From assembly GCF_026571515.1 (NCBI RefSeq), contig NW_026854323.1, positions 1 through 64,000 of the forward strand: a DNA stretch of 64,000 nt, given 5' to 3'. Each line of letters begins with the position of its first letter. Positions within the stretch are counted from its first letter, which is position 1. The position numbers were made by a program, and so were the translations under genes. Source of the stretch: Ruditapes philippinarum. Taxonomy: Eukaryota. Shown one piece after another: positions 36,469 through 47,889 of this stretch. The notes under the pieces were generated by a model that searched no databases, was not told the DNA's origin, and worked only from the letters and a program-made list of their open reading frames with translations.

Positions 36469-38148
36469 CAGGGGCGTAACTGAGCTATTTTGATATGTAC
36501 TCTTTAAATAGGGGGGTTCGGGGGCATGCTCCCCCGAGAACATTTTTGAAAGAGGAAGCGATATCCTGTCATTTCGTGACTATCTAGAGGCTAAATATTA
36601 ACAACATATTGGTGATGATTTCAAACTCTTTTATTAACTTTAAAATATGTGAAATGAACAAGTAGTTACATATAGGCCCTACCATAAATTTTATATATAT
36701 ATATATATAATCGATTTTTTTGCAACAAAACTTTGTTATTTTGCTACCTCCAAACTGATTTTATAACAACACATTTCCCGTATTCAGTTATTTTTTAATT
36801 ACATAAACAACAGACAAACAAACGCTAGACGTCTGCTTCGTTGGTATGCAAACTTGTCTTTTCGGCATTTACTACCCTATCTTTATACACATTTATGAGG
36901 CCTGCACCAGACATTCGCTCAGTCTCCATTGTGCGTACTTCTGACACTTTAGTTCAGGGTTTAGGGTTGCTGTTGACAATGGCATGACCATTTAAACCAC
37001 CAAACAAGGCCTCACGTTTGGGTACAGAGCCTTGCTTCCTTTATAGAAAAACCAGGGCCGCTGGACGGCAATTGTCAAGTTTACGTTAGTCTACCACATA
37101 CGCTCGTTCAAAGATGGGTTTATTCACATTAAAGCTTGCGTTAAATGCGAGGTACAATGCACCAATGCTCTCTCAGGAAAAACCTTCATAGGTTGCAACT
37201 GTTGTAACAATATATTATTTTAAGAGTGATAATAGTGTGAAAATTGTGACTAAGTTAATTCAGTGAGTGTTTTGGCCTGTTAAAAAATTCATTACACTAC
37301 AATATATCAAAATTACCCCCGTTATTTTGGAGGGAAAAGGGAAATTTTTTAAAAAATTTTCCTTTTAGAAATGCAAAGAAAAAATTGAAAAAAAAAACCC
37401 TTTGGGCGTATAACTTTAGATTATAGGATTTTTAAAATATAAAAACCCCACTTTTAAAAACTTTAAAAGGTTTTCTTTTTAAAAATTCTTTGTGATAAAG
37501 TAATTTCATAAGCAGCTATGTCACTTTAATGATGATGTAACTGCGCACGGAACTTGCGTGATGACTCATCGCAATGTTCTGCTGACCGCAAAGACGGGGG
37601 ATTTTTTTAAAAATAAATCCCTTTAAAATTTTTGAGATGGAACTGAAAAAACTTTTTTAAATTTGCCTTCTGCTCCCCTATTTCTCTTCAGAAATAAAAT
37701 TTAATTAAAAATCCCAAAAGGGCCCCCCAAACCAAAAGCAGAAGACGACACAAAAGGGCCGATACGGGAAATAAAGAGTAAAAAGTTTGGGTAAAAAAAT
37801 ACTGCTGGCGACCTGGTCATGCCGCCAATGCTCGGCGAATTTCTCGGCCATGAATGGGTCCTGAACCAGGCACCTTAAGCTTTTCGTAACTTTCATCCGC
37901 CGAAACTGTATAAGATATCGCAACATAGATCAAATAAAAGATATTCATTTTTGCTATAAATGCTTTGAAGTTTTTATATAATGCTTAAATCGAAAGAGCC
38001 AGTAGGCCTTTACGAATATATGTGCTCCGATCACATCACCCTCTCTGTTTTTATCACTTTTTTAGAACTTTTAGCGCTTGTGATTTTTTGGAATACAGGA
38101 TTGATTTGTACGCACGGGCGTACAGGAGTACGCCTAGTTACGCCCCTG
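36469..38148. mobile_element. 1.68-kb non-autonomous DNA transposon with hAT-like TIRs and 5-bp TSD
   Basis: Perfect 13-bp TIR CAGGGGCGTAACT / AGTTACGCCCCTG; direct repeat CGATC at 36464-36468 and 38149-38153; no transposase ORF. Confidence 0.85.
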
Positions 38149-38335
38149 CGATCTATGTATAAAGATGTATTTGAAAGGAATTTGTTGTGTTTAACCTGAA
38201 TAAAAGTCAACCAATAAATCCCAGAGGCTAATGTTACTATAAGTACTGAACACTCCATTTCCAAACCAAAATATTAATAATAACTTTCAAATTCTCCCGC
38301 TTTAATTACATTCCAATAATAGAATGCAGGTGCTC

Positions 38336-38551
38336 GTCACGTGACCATGAATGAAAAGTTGGCCAAGCGCCCAGGTGATCTGTCAATCCGTGTGTATAGG
38401 TGAAATATTGAAATAAACAACGTTCTGTGTTTTGTGTCATTCTCTATTTATTTTCGAAATCGATTAAGCAAAATATTTAAAGTGGATATATCATGGAATT
38501 ATGTCGCATCTCGTCCTAGATAACAATTTGTTAAGATGATAATTAAGTCAG
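38336..38551 (+). promoter_or_regulatory. Candidate promoter and non-coding first exon of the plus-strand gene; GTCACGTGAC E-box palindrome
   Basis: Perfect GTCACGTGAC at 38336-38345; CAG|GTAATT donor at 38551; sequence becomes CpG-poor just downstream. Confidence 0.4.
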
Positions 38552-39462
38552 GTAATTTTTTGACAGGTGCGTACTCTGTCAAATTTTATAGGATAATAGG
38601 ATCAAAATATTTCTTGCATGTGCTTGTTTATTTTAAATCAATGATAATGTAAACAATCATTTGATAATACGCCGTTCTTGATTGTATATGTACATACTAT
38701 TAATTCAATTTTTATTGAATGCATGGTGAAAATTCTCGTAGCCAAGCACGCTCTCGTACCTTTCTAAACCTCACACAATGGAGAGTATCTGACTCCAGTA
38801 GAACACTGTAGAATGATTGTTTATTTTATACATTATCAACTCTGATGAATTATTTTGATCTTTTAAAATGGAATATTTACGTTTCAATTAACATTTGTTT
38901 ACAAGATAAATTAGAATTGTAAAATTATTTTTGCAGCATACTAAAAATATTTGAATCAGATTTTCTCATTTTCAAACATTCTAATCATATTGTGTATATC
39001 TACACATCTGACCCACCTAAATAAACTTGTTGAAAATGCTGTTACGGCATTGTAATGCATTTGTTATAGTTTTTTTGATTAACATGAAATAAAAAGTAGG
39101 AAAATGAGCTGACATACTGACATCAACGTTACACCAGGCCATTTAATCTAGTAACCATTCATTGAATTTTGTGGCTTTCCGTTTCATAACAAGCTGTATA
39201 CAATGTATCATAGCAGTGACTTTTTTTGAATGAATAATGTGAAAAACAATTTTACAAAATTGAAAAAAAAAGAAGTGAAACAGGTCCTTAAATTCAAGAT
39301 TTAATTGTCCGATCTAGAGCTTTTTAGCTAATAGATCTATAAATGTACATGTGCAGGTCTTGTAGTTATCTCTTCCATCAGTATATATAGTAAATGACCT
39401 TGTTGAGAGATTATATGATAAGTCACAAATTATATACATGTATCTTATGTTTCAAATTGATA

Positions 39463-39755
39463 TGTGGTTCGTCTACAGCCAACTGGTTAAGGTCATTGAC
39501 TTCAAACCACTTTTCCCTTTCACTGTTTTAGGTTTATCTTTCAACCCAAAGTCCCCTTTAAAATTTTTTAAAAACTTTTGAGAAAGGGTTTTCATAAAAA
39601 AGAATGTTGGTCCCCGGGGGTCTACTCAGGGGGCCTTTTATTTGGGGCCTTTAAATTTAAAGGGACAGAGGGCACCTGAGGTCTTCCTTCACCAGTTATG
39701 TTTGAAAGTTGCAATATGATAATACTGTGTTGATGCAACGTGATACCCAACCAAA
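39463..39755 (+). mobile_element. tRNA-derived SINE, distorted by homopolymer noise
   Basis: TGGTTAAGGTCATTGACTTCAAACCACTT head, GGTCTACTCAGG, GGCACCTGAGGTCTTCCTTCACCAG, and TGTGTTGATGCAACGTGATACCCAAC tail. Confidence 0.6.
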
Positions 39756-41802
39756 AATACAATGTATATAGAAATTTTTTATAAATATGTTACAATGTAG
39801 TGCCTATTATTGAGGTTGAAATTTAATTAATACCTTAAAAGTTGCCATCTAACATATTAACAGTGTTAGTAACTTAGTACTGACTTAAGAATACACAACA
39901 AAAGTACATGTAGGAATTGTAGTTTTGAGCTATTTGGGTCGTAACAAAATGCTAGTGCTAGTTAACTGTCGTTTAGGAGGCTTTAATCAAATTTTGTGTC
40001 ATTCTTTTTACAAAAATTTTAAATATAAATAATGTTAAAATAAAAATGAGGGTTGCCCCTCTTTTATTCTTGGGCCCCGCAAAATATCTGGCCCTTTTAA
40101 TCATTCATAAAATTTCTTTGGGCTTTTAGACTTTCCAATTTTTTAAATTTATTTAAAATGTACATTTGAAAGTGATAAATTAAAATGAAAAAGGTTTTCC
40201 TTTGCTATACTTTAAACCCCCATTTTTTAAAAGAACCATGGATGGTATCACCATTTTTTTTTGATGTGCTGAACATGATAGCCAACATACCTAAATATAT
40301 ATAATTGATAAAAATATTTCCTCCATAACCGCTAGGTAGATTTAATTGGTATTTTACAAAATATATTAAAATCATTCAGGTTTAGTTTTTTATAAAATTT
40401 ATTTCTGTTTGGTTGTACAACTCTCAATAGCTGCCAGATCTAAAAATAGAAATAAGCTATATTTAAAACATCTCCTGGCAGACTTTGATGGTAACTCTAT
40501 AGAAATGATCCTTGGTTGGTTCTTTTAATGTTGCATAAATTATATTGGTTTACTTGCTTCATTTGCCACCAGAGATTATAAGTTAGAAATAAGCTTTAAA
40601 CAACATCTCCTTTACTGTTGGGCAGTCATTTTGATATAACTTTATCAACTACTCATATATTAATATGATGAAAATGTGAATATGAATCGTCATTTGGTCA
40701 TCCCTTTAAACTGTCAAAATGGGTCAGTCAGTAATTGAATTATAATCTGTCAGTCTCGACATTCAACCAATATTAAGATTACCATACCATCCATAGCTTA
40801 GGCTATGCTGGCTGAAGTACTGACCAGCACCCTGGATAACACAGTTAACATATGGTAGAGATACAGCAAGTATTCACCTGACTTTAGAGATCAGGGTTGT
40901 AATTAAACTTTTACATCATTTCTTGTTTACCACACAATCATGTAGGAGCAACAGAATCCAGCAAAAATTAATTTATGTATTTTAAAACCCAAGAAAGAAA
41001 AAAGTAATTTTAAAATGTTTAATTGGAACAGTTAAGCTATCATTTAGGCTAAAGAAATTAATTATATTTAGACAAAATCTCACTTTTTTTACCTTGTATT
41101 CCTTTTTGCAACTTTGGAAGCATTATTATCCTAGCATATTAATTTAAGGAGTCATTGTTTTTGTGTTGACAGTTTATAATTTAGCAATTTTGAGAAAAAC
41201 TTTGTCTTAACCACTGAAATATGATGACATGGTTGAGAACATGGTTGATAATATGAAATCAGATATATTTCTCATATAATTATTATTACATTAAGTTTTA
41301 TCGTTTTTTTATGAGTCAATAGCTCAAAGTGTTGTTAAGCATCTTCATGGATGAATAAATGTGAATGTAATGTAAATTTTTCAAATATTAATGAAATCTA
41401 GTTCAATTGCTACATTTGATTGTTAAACTTGTAATGAAATACAGGCATGGTCATGTTGTAATAACTAGTTTGGAATGTTTTAATTATACATTATTATTAT
41501 TTTAACAATGAATTAACAACAGGTAATAGTTTCACCCCATAATTGTTAAATGAGGTAGTAATATTTCTAGCATATTCAAACATTTAAGATAAAACATACA
41601 TGTATATTTATCAGGACTTTATATGCTTTAAATTTACTTTTCTATTGGTTTGCTTTACTTAAATTTAATGTTCACAATTTTATGGTTGGGGCTTATTCAT
41701 AGCTTATTTAAATCAGAGAAAAATATTCCATAAAAACATAATAATTAAAAGATAACTGATATTAAAACAAGCATACCTTTTCCCTTTTACATTTCAGGTG
41801 CC

Positions 41803-41826
41803 ATGGTAGAATGTGACTGTACGTAA
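41803..41826 (+). promoter_or_regulatory. 7-codon upstream ORF (MVECDCT*) in GCCATGG context
   Basis: Begins 5 nt after the acceptor ttttacatttcag|G (exon starts at 41798) and ends 23 nt before the main ATG at 41850. Confidence 0.6.
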
Positions 41827-41849
41827 TTGACAAGCTGATATTTTAGGCC

Positions 41850-42998
41850 ATGGAGGTCCAAGAAAGAGAAAGATCAAGACATCGGAAGACCACTTCTTCC
41901 AGTCACAGATACCCACGTGAAATACAAAAGGACAATGACTATGAGTTTGACTTCAATGATATCAGTCGAGCATCAACTCCAACCAGTACTTTCAGCTCAA
42001 AGTCAGAAGGTCGTAAACGGGATAAAGAACACAAGTATTCCTCAGATGACTACAGACGTAAAATTGCACGTCTCAAAAGTGAGTTAGATTTGGAAAAGGC
42101 TAAAAACAAGAAAGTTCACAAAGAAAAGTCAACAGAACTCAGGGAATTGAGGGAATCTTATGAAGTTAAAAAACATTCTGAAATTAATGAACTAGAGCAT
42201 AAAATGAAGAAAAGATTGGAAAAGGAAAAAAGACACATGGAAGAGGACTTGAGGACTTTGATAATGGAAGAAAAGGATAAAGAAATGAAAGAGGTGCTAA
42301 AATACAAGGAAGATGAAATGAAAGAACTTAAGAAAAAATATAGAAGCGAAAAAGAAAGTGCCATAAAGTATGCATTAGATAATGAAAAATTTATAGTACA
42401 AGAGAAGGAAAAACAAATGAATGAAGAAATGGAAAAATTAAGAAAAGAAAAAGAAAGGTTAGAAGAAGAATATAAGAAAAAAATTGCAGAAGAGGCTAAG
42501 AAAGATAAAGAATTTACTAAAATAAAAGATGAATATGATGCTGAATTAAGACGTATTCTTGGTGAGTCTAAAAAGCTTGCTTTAGGAAATTTAGAGAAGT
42601 TAAAGAAAGCTGAACAAGCATTAAGTGAACACTGTGGAGAATCAGATGATGAATTCAATGAGCTGGAATTTAATGAATTAATGTCAGAAATACAACAAAT
42701 GCAGAGCCAAACCTCAAGTCGAGCTGTTAGTAGATCTGTATCTACAACTAGTGAACTTAAATTTGATGAGCTTAATATGCATTTAAATAACTTATTGGCT
42801 TCCCCTGCTGTTACCCCTGGACCCCTGAGTCAATCAGTGACTCCTGGTCCAGGAGGTCAAGGTCAATCTTTGACCCCTGGACCTTTAGGACAAGGTGAAG
42901 AAATGGAAGGACTGTCTCCCTTGACAATAAAAGGAATATCAGCAGATGGGAAAATAAGGTCATCTTCAGCCATGAGTGAACCTGCTAGGGAACTATTT
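41850..42998 (+). CDS. First coding exon (383 codons) of a coiled-coil protein, RIMS-binding-protein-like N-terminus; gene continues beyond this exon
   Basis: GCCATGG start, long E/K-rich ORF, phase-0 donor TTT|GTAAGT at 42998. LKSELDLEK...EKDKEMKEVLKYKEDEMKELKKKYRSEKESAIKYA resembles, from memory, the RIMBP3/long RIM-BP N-terminal coiled coil (also JAKMIP-like). The family call is tentative. Confidence 0.8.
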
Positions 42999-44190
42999 GT
43001 AAGTATTTCCTTTATTATTAGAGAATGATGTCAATCTTCACATGAAAGTATTATCTCAAATCATTTACATAGCCTTTAAGCCTGCTAGCTGCAACAGATT
43101 CTACCTATTAGACCAGGGTAGACCAAGATTGGCCAGCACATCCTTGGTCTGAACTGTTTGCTATTCAGGCAGTACATCCCTAAAAAGGATGAATAGTTTA
43201 GTCCAGATTGAAAGCTGAACAAGTCTGTTTAAGGTATTTAACTTTGTAACAGGTAATGTCGAAAGTTGAATAAATAATAATGAATAATAGATATCTAGTA
43301 TCTTTTCTTTCAAAGACTAAACTGACCATTTTTATAAATTCACCCTTGAAATGTTGATGCTAGAATCATCTCTCTTGAAATCATTTCTCATAAATTCACC
43401 CATAAAATAAAAATAAAATTTCTTAACACTTGTTTTAAGTGAATTACTTAAACAAGGCTAAAAACGGCTTGAATTGGGATTATAATATAAATATAGATAT
43501 TTTATGAATAACTGATATTTACTGCATTATATGATACCTGTATATAAAAGGAAAAACGCAAGTTTAACCATGAAAAAACTTTTTCTTAACTTTAGTAACT
43601 AAAAAGTCAAGCTGTTAGTTATATAGTATTGTATAAGGGTATAATAGATATTTAAGCCAGATTTCATGCCAGTAAGTAATTAAATCTACAGAACATAAAC
43701 TTTATGTTGATTTAATACCCAATATATGTACTGACATGATTGTTTATATTTGTGGTGATTGTTCAAAATTCTGAATGGGAACTGAAAACATTTCTAATGA
43801 TCTGAAATTAATATATACAATGTATATATGTGTGTGTATTCAATTTCCTACTTTAATTAGCAGTTAACCTATAATCATATTGGTTAAAGAAATAGTCCTA
43901 GATATACAGTGGTCACACAGTTAAAATGATTATTTGTGGTAATATAAGAACTATCCAAATTGTAATATTAAACCAGTTTATTATGTTTGATTGTTGATCT
44001 GGAAAACTTATAAAGAATACATATGGATCATAACTGTTCTTTGTTGCATCCTGATGAGAGAGTGTTTATCTTTATATATGTTTATATAGATGATCACAGA
44101 TGATCTATAATTACTATATTCCACCTTGTCTAGGCTTTTTCTATATCATATTGTCTATTACAACACATTATTCTTTATACAGTGTATAAA

Positions 44191-44323
44191 ATTTTAAAAA
44201 ACCTGTGTCTTTGAAACAAGGCCATAAGCAAGACTAAGTTACATATAAAATAGCACATTTTAAAAAACCTGTGTCTTTGAAACAAGGCCATAAGCAAGAC
44301 TAAGTTACATATAAAATAGCACA
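44191..44323. repeat. 66-bp tandem duplication
   Basis: ATTTTAAAAAACCTGTGTCTTTGAAACAAGGCCATAAGCAAGACTAAGTTACATATAAAATAGCAC twice. Confidence 0.95.
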
Positions 44324-45316
44324 TATGAAGTAATTAATTCCATTCATAAATAATCTTTGATACCTTTATCAACAAGACTTCTATCAGCAGTGTTTAAAAC
44401 AAACATAAACAATACTGTGTACATGATATACCACAACAACTTGATGTATATAAAATTCCATGATGACCATTTCCTCTTAAAACTTCATATTACTTTGATT
44501 AAAACACATTACAATTTTACAATACATTATGGTGATAATGATGCTATAATTATCATTCAAATTATATATTGCTAAGTTTACATTGTTATTATGTGATTTT
44601 GTAATTATCAACATTTGAAAGATCAAATTATCATTTTAACAGAATTGCTCTATGATCTGTCAATGCTCATATGAGGGTCCTACAATTAGTAGTGTCATTT
44701 GGCTTAGAATTGTTGCTTAATAAATTCTAAACCAAAACATTTTGTAACATTTTTACTCAGTTCTCAAACACAATCACATTGCAAGTAAATTTTATGACAC
44801 AAATTACATTTTAGAAAGCATTTTCTTGAGTCTTGGAAATAACACTTCACAAGGACTGAAGATAGATGTATGAGCCAGATGCTTTAATATAAACTAAGAA
44901 GAAAAATAACAAGTGAAGCTAAATGGACCTGTAGTAAAACTTTACATTATTTGATACAATGTTCTTGTAGAATTGCTTAGTGACCACATGGACGGCACTT
45001 GTATATTCAACTTGACTTATAAGTTCATATGAAGCCTATTGCATTATTTCTGTCTTTTTGCCCAATTATCCATGTTAGAAGTGCATGTATAGTTGCAAAG
45101 AACAATATTCATTTCAACAGAATAATAGAATTCCTATGTTAATATCCTGCTGCAATATCCTGGCTGTCTGTATGATATTAACACTGTTTGTCACAAGTTT
45201 CTGACAAAATACTCTAATATTTACATTTTGTAAATTTGTTAAAATTATTTTTGTACTGACATTTACCGAGTATATTATCATTATCAGTCAATATTATACT
45301 AGTTGCTGACCATGTT

Positions 45317-45454
45317 TATAAACACAGTACTATAAGGAATTCCTTGCTGTCAGACTTAATGAGACACTGGATCACCCTATAAACACGGTACTATAAGGAA
45401 TTCCTTGTTGTCAGACGTAATGAGACACTGGATCACCCTATAAACACGGTACTA
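45317..45454. repeat. 58-bp satellite, left part (about 2.3 units)
   Basis: Same unit as 47890-50228; interrupted at a TA by a transposon. Confidence 0.95.
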
Positions 45455-47889
45455 CAGTACTGGACACGCGAAACCCGCAAAAGTCGCGTTATGCCGCGAG
45501 TGTAGTCTATGTCGCGACGGGACACTTCGCGGTAAAACATCGCCGCGTGCAAGTTCGCCGAATTTCGTGGCGGGTCACGAAAAATCGCCGCGATGTATCG
45601 CCGTAATTTACGGCGAATCTTCAGCAATAATTGTATTAGAAAGTACTACTTGGTCCTTAATTCCCGTGGTCTTTAATTTTGAAAAAACTTTAAAAAAATC
45701 TTGTAAACGTCTTGTATATTTATAAATATTTAGCATTTGAACATGTACAGCGTATACATTTTGTATATTAAAACAAAGCAAAATCAGGTGCTGGTGAAAA
45801 TTAGTTAACAATAAAACGAGATTGGAAATTACAAAAGGTAATTGGTACTACATCAAAGAACGCACGATAACAAATTGTCCAATTGTTATTTTGATAATAA
45901 TACAATGTAATTAAAATCCATTGTTTACTTTCGCACATATTCTATTTTTAGAACAATGCAAAGCGACATTTAGCACCGATTCACAGGTGTAACTAATTAT
46001 TACGTCTAATACGCTAATTATGATTGTTTGAAAATTGTAAAAGTTTTATCACTTAAATTGACATTCTTTACCTTCAATTTCACGAGTAAAAAAATGCCAG
46101 GTGCATGAGTAGGTGATGAAGTTAGCAAGATGCAAATCAGATTTTTTTTTTATTCCCGCCAAATCAGCCAGGGCATTTGACCCAAAAAATTCCCTCAAAA
46201 ACAAAAATAAAATCGGAGTTAAATCACACATTTAATATGTAAAGTAACGAGTGATCATTCATGAGGGCATTCTGTGCATAAAATTAGGGTGTTACTATTT
46301 AAAGTATTTACATAAATAGCGACCAACCAGGGAAGGATATTTTCCTTACGTCACGCAGTACTGCATGCGCGCGGCAATTAAGTTGAATTAACTAATAATA
46401 GCACGTATCAAATTAAGGTGTGGAAACGGGATTAAAATTTTTTTTTTCAAATTAATGAATATTTGTAAAGCATTTATATGGTCACTAGTTTACCATGTGG
46501 TAAATTTTAATGTGCTTTGGGTACATGTTCGTTTGTTTATGACTGACGACACTGATTAAATACTATAAGCCCATGCAATAAAAACATTTTCTGGTAGAAG
46601 CGTGGTCATAAAATTGACCGAAAAAAATATCCTTTCATATGCATTATTGTTTTGATAGCAGACACAAGTATTGCACAATATCTTCAAGATCATTAAAATG
46701 TAAATAAAATATCACAATCAAAATGCTAACTTACGATTTAATAATATGTCAATAATTGACACAATCAATATCCAACATTTTTTTTACTTGAGCAATAATT
46801 AAACATGTGTAATCATTCCTTGACAAAAAGAAAATGACAGTTTTTTTTCTGATATATAAAAGAGAGGTGGAAGTCAATCGAGTGTCGGCATTTCTTTGAT
46901 GATTCGGCAACAACTACAGGTGTGTAAACATCAAAGATTCACAGATTCTTCAGAAGAGCCGACCAGTCATTTGTCAGAGGTCATTTCGTGTGTAAATTTT
47001 GTATTTATTATTTAACAATGGAAACATTATATTCCTTTTTATTTATGGATGCTTCTTTTTGCGCGAGTGTTTTTGTGTCTTTTAGCGCTATGGAATTTTC
47101 AACAATCGGCGATAATTTTTGCGGTAACTAACAATTAAATATTTTAACATTTTTAAAACAGGGGTGCAAATATCCGCCATTCAGAAATTATAGCAGACAA
47201 AATCTTGCGTGTGTTATTTTTTACAAACGTGTAATAAATTGAGTAATGATCACCCGAGAGAACGAAATGTCCGGTGATCCACTACATTTAGAAATGAACA
47301 AGTTAATGTCGTATCAATTATGTATCTTTTTATGTAACTAAATATCTTTTTACACATATATTATATTTATATCTCTACTTTAAACTCAATATGTACCCCC
47401 CCCCAAATAGTTTTACACGTGTACATGCACACTATTTACCTGCAGATGGAGCCGCATACTTGTACTGCGTCGCATTTATACATTGAGATCATGATTCCGC
47501 CATTCACGGAAAGTTTTTAACGGTGTTATTTGATTTCGCCGTGGTTATTTATATTTGCTGTTGGCATCAAAGATAAATAGAGAAAGGGCATTTTAGCAAA
47601 TTACAAGATTTTCTTGATACAACTTCATGTAGATCTACTAATTAATTTTCGTACTTGTACATGTATATCTGGTTTCAAGTTCACAGACTACACTTATAAA
47701 TAGATCTACATTTATTATACAAATGAACATGTATTATTCCCCGCGAATCGCGGCAAATGTTCACGGCAAAATCGCCGCGAGTTGAATTCGCGGCGATTGT
47801 CTCAAGTTGCCGCGAATTCGCTCGCGTTATAAAGCATGAGAGTTCGCCGCGAATACGCGAATTGTGCGGGTTTCGCGTGTCCAGTACTG
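45455..47889. mobile_element. 2.44-kb non-autonomous Tc1/mariner/pogo-type DNA transposon with TA TSD
   Basis: Perfect 25-bp TIR CAGTACTGGACACGCGAAACCCGCA; TA at 45453-45454 and 47890-47891; CpG-rich subterminal CGCCGCG/CGCGGC motifs; no long ORF. Confidence 0.92.

Noticed and set aside
36950-36970. Telomere-like TTCAGGGTTTAGGGTT
   Set aside because: Only about two imperfect units, inside a transposon.
42158-42658. 166-aa antisense ORF
   Set aside because: Shadow of the GAA/AAA-rich sense exon.
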